Source of the DNA: Podarcis vaucheri
Taxonomy: Eukaryota
Assembly (NCBI GenBank): GCA_965113315.1
Contig: OZ220366.1
Length of the DNA: 64,000 nucleotides
Direction: 5' to 3' (one strand)
Shown here in pieces: positions 12,338 to 24,977 of this stretch. The first letter of the stretch is position 1. Every line of letters starts with the position of its first letter. Under the pieces are notes generated by a model. The model saw only the letters and a program-made list of their open reading frames with translations, did not search any database and had not been told where the DNA came from. The translations under genes and the position numbers were made by a program.

Positions 12338-14580
12338 ATCCTATAGTCTCCCAACCCCCAATAAATGTTCATACTGGTATCTGACTACACTGAACCACTT
12401 AACATCCTAGGAAAATGCACACTGTAAATGTCTAGAATTTAACATGATCTTAGAATGCAGGCTTGTGAATTTATCCTCCTGAGATAAACAAGAGGCTAAC
12501 ATGCAACCAGAAACTGTAATTAGGAGAGATTCAGCTGAGCTTGCTCTATTACTAGCCCAAGCCCAAGGGAGTGAAAGGAAGAGAAAGAAACTCTTGTTTT
12601 GGGAAAAACACTGTTAAGGCATCCTCCTCAATTTTCCTGTTTCATTTTTGTATTTGGCCAAGTAGCTCCTTCCTGTCTAACTTCTAAGAACACACCAAAT
12701 ATAAAGTGGATATTACATATATGTTCTTCAAATACATTTTGGTGTAGGATTGTAGGAAATGGAAACCAATGTACACATGAGAAGCAGCTTTTGGATAAGA
12801 AATAGCTTCTCTGTTGTTGTTGTTGTTGTTAGTTACCACTACTAGCTGGTGATTTGGCTGGGTTTGCTTTTAAAAGAAAAACACACTCAGCCTTAACCTA
12901 AGGCTAATTGCATTTTTATAGACACAAACATTTAACTATATAACAGCACGATGTCAACATGTCAACTCACAATAACTTCCGTTGATTTCAGTGAGGCTTA
13001 GACTGCATAAGCATTACTAAATTAAAACACAGCTAGGTTGCTCTTTTTTCAATTTGGATGCATGCTGGTTTGGAAAAACACATCAAAGTAAAGCATTTCA
13101 TTTTTTTAAAAAAGGAAACAGGATAGATGTAGATTGTGGTTAACGTTGTGTGTACACAACTTCATGAACCTGTGGTGGGAGTGCACTGGATGCAGAGTAA
13201 ACAGGAGTGTGTGCACAGTATTAGCCATATAAATAGGTATAGGACTGCAGCTTAAGTGCTGACTGAACAGGACTGACTCACGAGTCACAGAACATATTAG
13301 CTCAAATGTCTTTGTGAAGCAGACATCCTCATCCCATTTCTCATCATGGCACAGTATCCAATCAAATCTCCCCACTCCTGCTGACTGACGTTTATGTGGG
13401 AGGAAAAGACAACAATATTCTTACTCTTTCGTATTTTCAAGGCATCCACTCAAGGAAATACTCATCAATATCTATCAAGTAAACGGAATGGGTGATAATA
13501 TTTATGATCATAGGGGTCCAGTGCTTAGGTATTGCGTACGATAAATGTATATATTTCAATCTGCATTCAATGTTGCTTCTTTATTTCCACCCCCACTAAT
13601 TTCCCCTTACTCCACAGGATCTTGATAGGCTGTCTGGGGGCTAAGTGTTCTTTAAAATGGAGGGTGGGAATCTAGAAATGCAGTAGAAATAAGATATAGG
13701 TTTTTCAGAGCACATTTATGAACCCTGTGGCTTAGTAAGAGCATGTTTTAAGTTGAGGATGAAAAGATATGTCATTAGCACACGCTTCAGTGGTACCTCA
13801 GGCTACGAACAACCTAGCCAACGAACTTTTTGGATTACGAACACTTCAAAATCGGAAATTAGTGTTCCGGTTTGCGTGTTTATTTATTTTTTGGATTGCA
13901 AACGTACTCCGTTTGGGGCTGCACTTCCGCTTGCTCCGCTCCCTCAGCACGCTCCGCTCTCCCAGCCTTGAGAGGTGCACCTTCCCCCGCCGGGCACAAA
14001 GCACCAGCTTGGGAGCGAGCGTGGAGCTCAGCCCGGCAGCAGCGGTGAATGAGGGAGCCACCTCCAGCCCAGAGCAGTGCATTGCAAGCCCCACACTTCA
14101 CCTACTGCTTCCTCCAGATCGCCCCGGTTTCCAGAACCAGGCTCCCCGCTCACTCTTTCCATAGGTATCTTCCCACTGGCAGAGCGATCCCCGACTCTCA
14201 GCAGAACAGAGGCGAGGAGAGGAGAGGCAAGCAGCGGTTGGCGCCAGCAAGGATGGCCCTCCAAGCGGCTGCCTCGCTCTCTGCTTCTGGGTCTCTCTGC
14301 CGTGGAAGCGCTGATTGCAGGCAAACGGAATGGCAGGCGTGTGGCTCTTTGGGCTCCCTGGCTCCAGCTGCCTGTCTGGGTTGCCGCACCAGGCCCGCTC
14401 TGGGAAGGAGGGAGGCGGGTGAAGCAGGGTTCTCTCCTGCCTCCATCGCAGCCTGACGGAGAGAGAGATCGGGGAGGGCAAGCCTGACTGACCCTGGAGA
14501 CAGGTGGAAAGGTGACCATGGGATGCGCAGGACGGCGTGAGCAGGATGCTGGTGCCACCGCTGCAGTAAGGATTTTTATA

Positions 14581-14822
14581 CAGTGGTACCTCTGGTTACA
14601 TACTTAATTCGTTCCGGAGGTCCATTCTTAACCTGAAACTGTTTTTAACTTGAAGCACCACTTTAGCTAATGGGGCCTCCTGCTGTCGCTGCGCCACCGG
14701 AGCACAATTTCTGTTCTCATCCTGAAGCAAAGTTCTTAACCTGAGGTACTATTTCTGGGTTAGCGGAGTCTGTAACCTGAAGTGTATGTAATCTGAAGCG
14801 TATGTAACTTGAGGTACCACTG
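14581..14822. mobile_element. Tigger-like MITE (family A), nested in the larger element
   Basis: TA|CAGTGGTACCTC...GAGGTACCACTG|TA; body closely similar to copies at 55604 and 63032. Confidence 0.88.
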
Positions 14823-15050
14823 TACTGGATAGTAGATTGCAGCCTGGTCTAATGCTTTCATTTTATGGATCAGTGGCCTTGTTAGATAGTAAAATTCATG
14901 TTAAAATGTTTTAGGGGTTGTTTTTCATCATCTGGAACGGATTAATCAATTTTCCATTACTTTCTATGGGAAAGCACACCTTGGTTTAAGAACACCTTGG
15001 TTTAAGAACACTTTGGTTTAAGAACAGACTTCCTGAACGGATTAAGTTTG

Positions 15051-15087
15051 ACTACACTTGATCTTAGCCAAAAGGCCGAGAAGCGAT
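15051..15087 (-). pseudogene. U2 snRNA retrocopy, nt 1-37 only (3'-truncated)
   Basis: Reverse complement reads ATCGCTTCTCGGCCTTTTGGCTAAGATCAAGTGTAGT, the 5' end of U2; flanked by identical direct repeats CCTGAACGGATTAAGTTTG (15032-15050, 15088-15106). Confidence 0.93.
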
Positions 15088-16122
15088 CCTGAACGGATTA
15101 AGTTTGTAAACCAAGGTACCACTGTACACTGCATTTGTTAAAAATCCCTCTTTCACAGGAAGGAGCAAGTCCAAAGGCTCCATCCATGAGTAACTTTAAC
15201 AGAGAATAGCCTGACAAACAGGTCGGGACACGATACATAGAAATATTTTAACTATGAGACTAGTTCCACCTGTTACTCCACATTTATGATCCTGTGAGAC
15301 AAATCTTGAATACATTTTTTAAAGCTCTGCAGTTTTTGCATGCATACACAAAACCAATTCTCAGATGAGAAATTGCTTTTTTACATGTTTTTGCTTAATG
15401 AGTAACTTTGTCATTTATGAAGTACCCAGGTCTCATATGCATATTTTTTTTTTAAGTCAGCAACACTACAAACTGAGATATAGGAATCATCAAAGTTATT
15501 AATTTAGCTGTTGTGTCCCCTTGGCTGCTGAAAGACCCCAAAAAGTTCTGGGTACCACTATTCCCATCCTGCTGGGCAGAAATACCTCAGCAGAATACCT
15601 TTTCGAAAGCTCATCCCATGCTCCTCACTCAAAGTCAGGAAATAAAATGGGAGGAACTATCTGCCCGCATCCCAAGACATATGTAGATTAAGTAAAGATC
15701 AGATCTTAGTAATGCAGTAGTGTATTCCCCGCTGTAATAATGGTGCAAATTATGGAAGTGAAGTAATTGATATTGAACACACTGCTGCACTATTTGCAAG
15801 AATACTCCCTCACAAGCTATCTCCAATATCAACCTGCCCATGCTTTAAAATCAGCAGATGAGGCCCTCCTGGTGGTCCCCATGTAGGATGAGGTACATGG
15901 TGAATGTGCCAGGAAAACTGTGTGTTTTTTTAAAGTGGGTATAGGATTTGGGCCATACTTTATATAAATTATTCTCAAAAATAAGTGTTCTAACTAAAAT
16001 TTGAAATAGAATGGATAGAAAATGAAGTGAATTATTTAAGTCCCAATCTCCTTCTAAAAGCAGAACTTGCAAAAGTGGAATGCCAACATTTCTTATCTTC
16101 CTTGTCTTGAGTGCATATAATT

Positions 16123-16380
16123 AGAAGAAGAAGAGAAGAAGAGTTTGGATTTGATATCCTGCCTTTCACTCCCTTTAAGGAGTCTCAAGGCGGCTAACAT
16201 TCTCCTTTCCCTTCCTCCCCCACAACAAACACTCTGTGAGGTGAGTGGGGCTGAGAGACTTCAGAGAAGTGTGGCTGGCCCAAGGTCACCCAGCAGCTGC
16301 ATGTGGAGGAGCGGAGACGCGAACCCGGTTCCCCAGATTACGAGACTGCCGCTCTTAACGACTACACCACACTGGCTCTC
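16123..16380 (-). mobile_element. tRNA-derived CORE-type SINE (Squam3-like)
   Basis: Minus-strand head GAGAGCCAGTGTGGTGTAG... with A/B boxes, MIR-like core (cccaaggtcacccagc), (CTT)n tail. Confidence 0.75.
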
Positions 16381-19300
16381 CATAATTTTAAAATCTCTAA
16401 TTAGTAAATGGAATAGACAAGATGGCAGGAAAGCAGGGACAAGAGAGTCTGATCTTCTCTAGCAAAGATAAGAGTTCCTCACACATACAGTATGCCCCTT
16501 TAGATTTAATAGAATTTAACAGGACTGGATTTAATAGAATTTATTACAGGATGATTCCGAGGTCTCCTTAAAGATTAAACCATTTGTGTGCAGCCTCATC
16601 AAAATGTGTCAAGATTTGTGAATCTCTGGTGATGCTGTGAGCTTTCCTGTTTTCTTTTTTATCTTCTGCTGGCTTCATGCTGTAAGCATTTTTATATCTA
16701 ATTGTTTTAACTTCTATTGTAAGCTGCACAGAGAACTTGTGCTAATGGGCAGCATATAAATGTACTTTTAAAAATAATTTAGTTATTTATTTGGGCCAAA
16801 CCACATAATTTAAATACAACTCTTTCAGGTGAGTCAGGTTGCCTACTACTGGTTCTGCAGCACTGAAAAACACTGAAAAACAAAAACTCCCTTATGTTTA
16901 AAATCACATTATATGATGTTAAGACCAAAGCTAGCAGATGTTAGCCTTTTTCATATTGTTTATAATTTATTCAGTATCAAGGTGTGTTATGCTTCAGCTC
17001 TTCTTAATTTTAAAATCCTGTTGGGTCTATTTGTGAAATGCTGCATTTTAGAGAGCTCAAAACCTTAGGTTCCAAAAAGGACACCACAATGCAGGGGATG
17101 AGGAAGAAGGAAAAAATCCTATCCAACACAATGCATATCTCCCTCACATTTTCAGAGAAAACACACAGACACACAGTGAAACCCAGTTGTCTTCATTTTG
17201 GTCAGAAATTCAAGAGCAAGAATGAATTTGCACCCCATAAGACCTTATACCACCGCAAAAGTGCATTGGGAACATTTCCAAACCAAACTGACCTCAAAAA
17301 CTTTGACACCATGCAGAGGAAATTGATTTTCTACAAAAGCTATGAAAAGGATTAGTCTCAGATTTAGGCCAGTAAGAGATTTATATTCCATTTGGGCCCA
17401 GATATATAACATGATGCAGAAATGAGGGCAGTATGGAGGAATATTTTCAATAGCTTTCAGCATATAAGAAATTAAACTCTTGAGAGCAGAGATTTATAAA
17501 ATAAAATTGGTAATATAAAGCACAACAATATTATTGGGGCTTTCCTTTACAGTTATTCCTTTAAACATAACATGAAAATGTAATTTTCACAACCACAGTC
17601 CAATCTGCAGCTACAGAAAGCAACCTTTTCACAGGCGAGTTATATCATCCAATTAGTTTTTCAAAGTGACTGAGAAGCTTCCACCCTTCAAAAATAAAGA
17701 AAATGGACTGGTACTCCATTCCATCATGGATGATTCCATTTCAGTGCAAAATATCTCCAACTTTTTCTTTTTCTTTTACTATAGTTCTTTTAAACTTGGC
17801 CTATGATAATAAAGTCAGGAGTATTGCTTCTGGATGGCAGCCAAGGTTGGCTTTAGGGGCAAGCAGCATGTGACTACAGGAGAGAAACGGCTGGAAACAG
17901 CCACGATCCTTTCCTCAATTGGGAAGAAAAACAAACCTGGAAACACTTACCAGATGTTCCATTGTTTTGTTGGAAATATGTGACATATTACAAGTTAAAA
18001 TGTGAATAGGTTGAAGCCAAAAGATAGCATTATTTATTTTAAAATGTGAGGCGCTATACAGTACCTGGATATTGAGCACATATTTCTAAAGTTATGCAGC
18101 AACATCTTTTATATACTGTAACAATGAAGACAGACATAATATTTTAAGACATGGTAGAGATTGCCCTGGAAACACATTCATTATTTTATCTTGGAGTAAG
18201 CTCTGTAGATAAATGTTTTGGCACATTTCCAAAGGGTTGTAGAAAAGTCAACTGAATATTGGCTAGCGTCTGCAACAATATCAGCATACTGCCCTACAAT
18301 TCCTGACCAGCTTTATAACTGATTTTAATAGAGTTTTACTTTAGTTTAGTAATATGAAGAATGAACTTACATGCTACTTTAACATGGCTTCTTAACAGGA
18401 CCATCACCCACATGAAAAAGGGAGATGCAAGACTAACAAGCTAAGCCAATGCATTGATTTTTTTTTAAAAAAATGTATGTAAGCTTAGGCATTTGATTGG
18501 TCCCAAAAAAATATTTTGGTCAATCGACCAATAAAAATAATAGTTAGTTATTTTCTAAACATTCATACTATAAAAACTAATAAGATAATCAAACGCAAGT
18601 TTCATAATTATGCCAACTTCAAAACAAAAAAAATTAACTGTTGTTATGAAACAATGGATTGTATCCAAAAATGACTTTCCAGTAGTGGAAAGGGATTTGA
18701 TCCAGTGGAGACTCTGGCAAATGTCAGAAAGGAAGGGCAACATAATCCAGATGCAGCCACAGGATTATCTCTTTATGGAAGGATGGCCAAACAATCAGAT
18801 AGACAAGAGACTTTATCTGTTGTGGGTTGTCACCAGGAAATGGCACAAAACATTGCAGCAACTCGAAGGATAAGTAGAACTAATGTCTTCACAGCCCAGA
18901 AAGAATCACAATTTCTCTGCCCTGTCAGTAGGTCTTCTGTATTCACTCCAAAGTTACAGACAGAGAACAGTTGCTCCAGAAGGTAAATGTAATGATGTTA
19001 TTTTGGAAAGTTATCTGTCCTGCAATAATCCTACAAAACGTTGTAACTTGTATAAGTATACAAGATACAGAGAAATAAGACTATAGTGGTGGTGGTGTTT
19101 TTAAATCCCAAGTAATACCTGTACGACTTCCAACAATTTTAATGCAACAGATTTGTCTACCCTTGATATACAATTTTGATCTCAAAAATAAAAATTTGTG
19201 CTCCTCAGAGGGGGTTTTTTTGTACGTGTATGTGTGTGTGTACATACCCCTAACCATAGGGAAACATAATTAACATTTAGTGGTCAGCGACTCTAATATA

Positions 19301-21146
19301 ACTTGATTATGTGTATAAAGTCTTTTCAAGTATATACACATATATACGTATTCATTATTTAAATGGTCTTACATTCTCGGTTTACTAGGATACATGAGAA
19401 AATAGGATTGTAGAAATATATAATTTCTTTTGTGGCAGTACGTGAATCATAGTTACTGCTTAACCTTTTAGACACATAAACCCAATGAATAAAAAGTAAA
19501 TAATACTTATGCCCTCTACATCTGTGTATGCAACAAACATTTGTAGAAACAAAAGTCACTTGCTAGGTTTAATGCTGGGTCACTTATCAGGCCCATAAAG
19601 GCTAAATGAGCTTGCCTTGCATTACATCAGATCAGTTAAGAGCACTGTGATTCTGGCAGGACTCCAAGCAACCTTTCCTTGCTGTTTATTTAACCCAGTG
19701 AAGAGGAAAACATACTGGTTCCTTTCAGATGTCACACGAGCTAATAGGAATGTGCCATGGGACCACAGATTTCCTCCCTTCTCAACTCTGGTTCCCTTCT
19801 CTTTCCTGGCTTGCCTAACCATCGTTTGCTTACTTCAAACATAGCTGCAAACTATAGTTAAGACTGTCTCCAAATCATGGTTTTGATTTTAATTAAGATA
19901 TGGTCAAAAGTTTGGCCACAGTTTCAGTTATTGGGAGGGGGGTTGTTTTCATGCTGTGAGAAACAAGAGATTTTGTTTATTTTTATTCTTTACTGCAAAT
20001 TGTAAGACACTAGTCCTGAAAACGCGTGCTCCGTAACTATAGAGTACTTACTGTGAGATGGCAACAACTTTATCAGGGAGTCAGCTTGTGTGGCCAAGCC
20101 CCTAGGCTGCTTTCTAAAGAATGAAAAGATCCTTTAGAATATAGAAGTCTGTTATACATATATAGTTCATCTAAAATGCTGTAATCTGTTTAGCCTATAT
20201 GTTTAGTCTATATATTATCGTAGTGCTCTAAAACTGTCATCATGAGCCAATAAAATGGTAGAAGTCATCCATTCAGTTGCAAGCATTTTGCAGGGTACAG
20301 CCGCAGATAAAGAAGAACTTCCCTTACCAACCTGTTGGACATTTTTAGTCAATTAGTCAAGTTGACTAAGATAACTTTATGATAAAGGCTGCTAGCAAAG
20401 AGCCAAATCAAAGGGAAATGGATCTCTACAGCACAAAATAAGACTAGAGGGGCTGAGCACAGCAAGGGTAAGGATGAGAAACAGCTGCACATCAGGCATG
20501 GCCAGCCCAAGACATTTTGGCACCTGAGACGAACCACCTACCCCCGCCTAGCTGCCAGGGAAGAAGAGCTGAGTGAAGCTCTACATTAGGAACAAGGGGG
20601 AAATAAAGATCTACATCAGGATCTGCTGCCCCTGTGGATCATGCTGCCTGAGGCACCATGCCTTATGGGTGGGCTGGCCTTGCCATCCAGTCATGGGAGG
20701 CCATGACTCCCAGAGAAAAGGGGGAAATGTAATGATTAGCTTAGCTGAGAGGTTATCAGGTCATGGCTGTGAGAAAAAGAGGAATATCCATTTGGTTTGG
20801 TGGCTACAAAGCAAGACGAGTTAAAGAAGAACTCTCAAGTACAGGAATTTGAAAATCCAATGGAAAAGAGTATATTTTAATGTTTCTCTGCAGGGGATGT
20901 GTGAACTGACTATTAAAAAGTTCTGTCTGTGCTATGTGACTGTGATGCTCATTGAATCATATAAGTTACTGCTTGACGCTGTAGTCATCAAAGGAAGAAC
21001 CACCCTTAATGGCAAAATGCCAGTCTTGAAAACAAATACTGCTGGTCACTCTTTCAGAGACAGACAATCTCACTAACCAAGTAAATAGCAACTTCTGTGT
21101 AACTGCAAAGGGATTGAACTATATTACTCATGCTGACCATTCCAAC

Positions 21147-21300
21147 CTTAGGATCTTAGTTGGTAGAACATTACACTCTTAATCTCAGGGTCATGGGTTT
21201 GAGCCTCACCTTGGGTAAAATATTCCTGTATTGCAGGGGGTTGGACTAGAAGTCTCTCATGATCCCTTCCAACTCTACAATTCTAGGATTCTATAATTCT
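21147..21300 (+). mobile_element. SINE with tRNA-Lys-like head and CR1-derived tail (Squam2-like)
   Basis: actcttaatctcagggtcatgggtttgagcc resembles tRNA-Lys; tail ggttggactaga...cccttccaactcta...attcta is a CR1 3' end. Confidence 0.7.
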
Positions 21301-22101
21301 TCAAGTGTGCTGTAAATATGACATATCTAGGTCTTCATTTGTCAGAATTACCAGAAACTGTGTTTTGTGTCCAAGCTTGCCTTCTGCATATGTGCTTCTG
21401 CATATATAGTACAGTATACAGAAAATCTCTTAGGGTCAAACCAGAGGTTTCATTTGTTGCATGAAAGCAGCTACCATGCTTTTAACAAAGTAAACGGGAA
21501 CATCTGTGCAGAAGCAGGACCGTAGTGTGTGGGAAATGAGTTAATACTTCTTCCCACCATGGTTCCAACAAACTCCCCTTCCCAGCTACTATTAGCACTA
21601 TGATTTTATGAAAATGGGGCACAGAGGGAATGATAATTTAATCTTGCTCCCAGAAGCTAGTTGCGTTAAAAATAACAATGTTATTTCACTTTACACAACC
21701 AAAATGCCCAAATGAACGAAACCTGAAAAGGAGACTCTGAGTTTGTATATTACTCGGTATACCCTATGAAAGTACTTATCTTTTCCTAAGAACATGCAAG
21801 ATGACTACTCTTCAAGAAATAAAGCTCTTTCCTCAGATTTTCCCCCCACATTGAAAAAAGTTTCATACTTGTGCTTAATTAACTGACAGCACAACCCTAT
21901 CCTCAACTCATGCTGGCTGGCCAAATCCCAGTGGAGCCCAAAGATATGCCAGTATCAGGGAGACGACATAGCACCACACTTATAATGGCACAAGTGCAAT
22001 GCTTACACAAACCCTAAAAACAGGCAGCAACAGAGCCACAGTGGAGCAGTCACAATCCTATGCTCACCTACAGATTGGTTTGACCACTGGTGACTATAAC
22101 A

Positions 22102-22297
22102 CAGGGTTGCCATCTTTTAAAAAGCTTTTTGGCCAAAGTTGTTGAGCTTTTCCTTAGGAAAATCAGGAAAATCAACACTGCCGAGATTGGTTGCCATACA
22201 GATTTTCCTGCGCATTTAGCTGATTTCCACCCAGACACTCCTTTCGGATACAATATTTCAGGTATGTCCGAGAAATTCCAGACATACGGCAATCCTA
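22102..22297. mobile_element. hAT (Blackjack-like) MITE
   Basis: Ends CAGGGTTGCC / GGCAATCCTA; TATAACA on both flanks. Confidence 0.6.
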
Positions 22298-22928
22298 TAT
22301 AACATTATGTCATCAAAAGAGGTAGTAGAAGTTAAAAACAGTGCCATTATAGTGCAGAGACAAGAGTCATGGTTCAGATAAGGGCCATGCCCAGTCTAAT
22401 CTGCAAATGCCAGAGATTGAATCTGGAGCCTTCTGCATGAAAAGGAGGTGCTCTACTACTTAAAGTTGTTTTTTTAAAAAAATCTTTCTAATCTGCAATG
22501 TAGCAAATATAGACTTGGATATCACAAATATTTCCAATGTAGTTTTCAACACTTAAGCTGCTGACCACCTCTGTCATGACACACCTGGTTCCATCTGTTT
22601 GTGAACAACTAGATTGGAAATAATTAACTGGACAAGAAACTCAAGCTTTCAAAATGCTATAGCAGCTCACATTCAAGACTGACTTAAGAAAAGTGCGAGC
22701 GAAAGATCAAAAGATTGTGAGGGGAAAACTGAAAAATTTGAGAGACTGGTTTAAAAATATTTTAAATGAGAGCCAGAATTGCAAAACTTCAAAGCATAGT
22801 CTGCCCTTTATGTTCTTATATGGCTTATTTCTCAATATAAATTGAATCTTCAATGCTCTGTCATACGTGCACTTGAGCTGAAAAACTATGAATTGAAGGG
22901 AAAATCCAGCCACTTGCTACAACAGATT

Positions 22929-23159
22929 GTTGTTGTTGTTTAGTCGTTTAGTCGTGTCCGACTCTTCGTGACCCCATGGACCAGAGCACGCCAGGCACTT
23001 CTGTCCTCCACTGCCTCCCGCAGTTTGATCAAACTCATGCTAGTAGCTTCAAGAACACCATCCAACCATCTCATTCTCTGTCGTCCCCTTCTCCTTGTGC
23101 CCTCCATCTTTCCCAACATCAGGGTCTTTTCCAGGGAGTCTTCTCTTCTCATGAGGTGG
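22929..23159 (-). mobile_element. BovB/RTE LINE 3' fragment (5'-truncated)
   Basis: Encodes MRREDSLEKTLMLGKMEGTRRRGRQRMRWLDGV, the RTE/BovB ORF C-terminus; (AAC)n tail; CAGATT on both flanks. Confidence 0.9.
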
Positions 23160-24642
23160 CAGATTACTGCAGCTAAAAGATACTGCTCTCAATATGGAGT
23201 GGGCCAGCTCTAAGTGAGGCATTGCACAGAAAATCTGGAGCTAGTTAGGAAGAACAAGGGTTTTCGTGAACCCATCACCAATTTTTTTCCTTTTGAACAG
23301 CCGGTTACCATTCCAGGACAGAATGTGCTTTAAGTCCCTCTCCTACATTCCAGAAAATACTTTGCCTTGATTTTCATTTTGATCTTTGTGGAGTTTTGTC
23401 CCAGATTTTTTGTTCTGCACTTACCATCCTTATCAACCCCCAGCTGTACAATATTTGCCAGCGGTTCCATTGAATAGGGTAAAACCTTATTGGAGCATAC
23501 CGACATTAAACAAAACCAGAACACACACAATCACAGGTGGGCAAGCAGAATTACATTCATAGTTTTTGGAACAGATCCTAGTTGCTCTTGCTATTCCCTC
23601 CACCTTTCTACCATCTGTAAATATAAGCAGGTGCCATTTTCTGGGGGCCAAGTCAGCATTTTTCACAGATATGAGCAAACATTGTGGCCCACTACAGATG
23701 CTTTCAAAGCTCATGTGATTAATGACTGTGATTGGACAAAGGCACAAATTCTATGTTCCAGCACCACCACGTGGGACAGGGAAAGCATGCCCCTTGCAAT
23801 ATGCACAATCACAACAGCTCAAAAACAGGTCCTTACAACTGCAACACTGTGTGCCTATTGACATTGTGAAGACATTATACCATACAGTTTAATTTCTGCC
23901 CTTGCATATAAAAACAAGTGACATAATTGAACCCTGGGATATTTGAAAATTAAAAAATAAAAATTTAAAAAGCATTGTCCTTAATAAAACACTATCCTAT
24001 GCATGAATAAAAGCTCTTTACTCTAAACATGGAGGACTTTATGTTTATAAAAACAACAAGTATTTTTTTAAAAAATTAAATTTATATACCGCCCCTCATT
24101 CGAATATAAGCACAAGATAGATAGCTAAAACTAAAACAAAACATAACAATAACCCACTCTCCCACAAACACATTTAAAAGGCTGTAGAATATTAATCAGC
24201 CAAAGGCCTGGTGCGCTACTTGAGGTTTAGCTTAGCATTATGTCTGAGCCTGGACTCATGGATTATCTTCCCCAAACCAAAAGCAAACTTTGATTACACC
24301 TTGTGGTTTGCCTTGACAAACAACAAGTTCAGGTTCAAATGCAATGCTAAGCCAAACCATCGTTTAGCCCTTGGGTAGCACAACGCAGAAGGACAAAGGA
24401 GAAGTGGAGTGGCTGTGATCTTCATACAACTGCCCATTTGGCTTAGTGTGACAGGTAATCTGAGTCATGGAGTATGAATACAGAAAGCTGCCTTACCCAG
24501 AATCAGCCTAGGCCATCTAGTACAGCATTGTTTAATTCTGAAAGAAAGCCAAAACTCCAAGGTCTTAGACAAGGATCTTTATCTGTCATGCTACTGGGAA
24601 ACTGATAATCTGGGGTATCAAGGATTTGAAGTCTACTATTTG

Positions 24643-24977
24643 GCGGGTAGTGCTGTGGGTTAAACCAGAGCCTAGGACTTGCCGATCAGAAGGTCTGTGG
24701 TTCAAATCCCCGCGACGGGGTGAGCTCCCGTTGCTCGGTCCCTGCTCCTGCCAACCTAGCAGTTCAAAAGCATGTCAAAGTGCAAGTAGATAAATAGGAA
24801 GGTAAACGGCGTTTCCGTGCGCTGCTCTGATTCGCCAGAATCGGCTTAGTCATGCTGGCCACATGACCCAGAAGCTGTACGCCAGCTCCCTCGGCCAATA
24901 AAGCGAGATGAGCACCGCAACCCCAGAGTCGGTCACGACTGGACCTAATGGTCAGGGGTCCCTTTACCTTTACCTTT
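24643..24977 (+). mobile_element. Sauria SINE, near full length
   Basis: tRNA-like head, body ctcctgccaacctagcagttc, BovB-related 3' end (gagtcggtcacgactgga), (ACCTTT)n tail; a further 3' fragment at about 38186-38227. Confidence 0.85.

Larger units (their letters stand above)
13788..15124. mobile_element. Non-autonomous Tc1/mariner (pogo/Tigger-like) element with GC-rich interior and nested insertions
   Basis: TIRs CAGTGGTACCT...AGGTACCACTG, TA on the right flank; subterminal tandem TTGGTTTAAGAACA x3 at about 14981-15026. Confidence 0.75.

Noticed and set aside
13753-14558. Cluster of 70-176 aa ORFs
   Set aside because: They lie in GC-rich transposon interior, with no DDE/HTH motifs and no supported splice structure.
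14975-15110. Short direct repeats with an insert, superficially CRISPR-like
   Set aside because: Explained by transposon subterminal repeats plus a TSD around U2; eukaryotic context and no cas genes.
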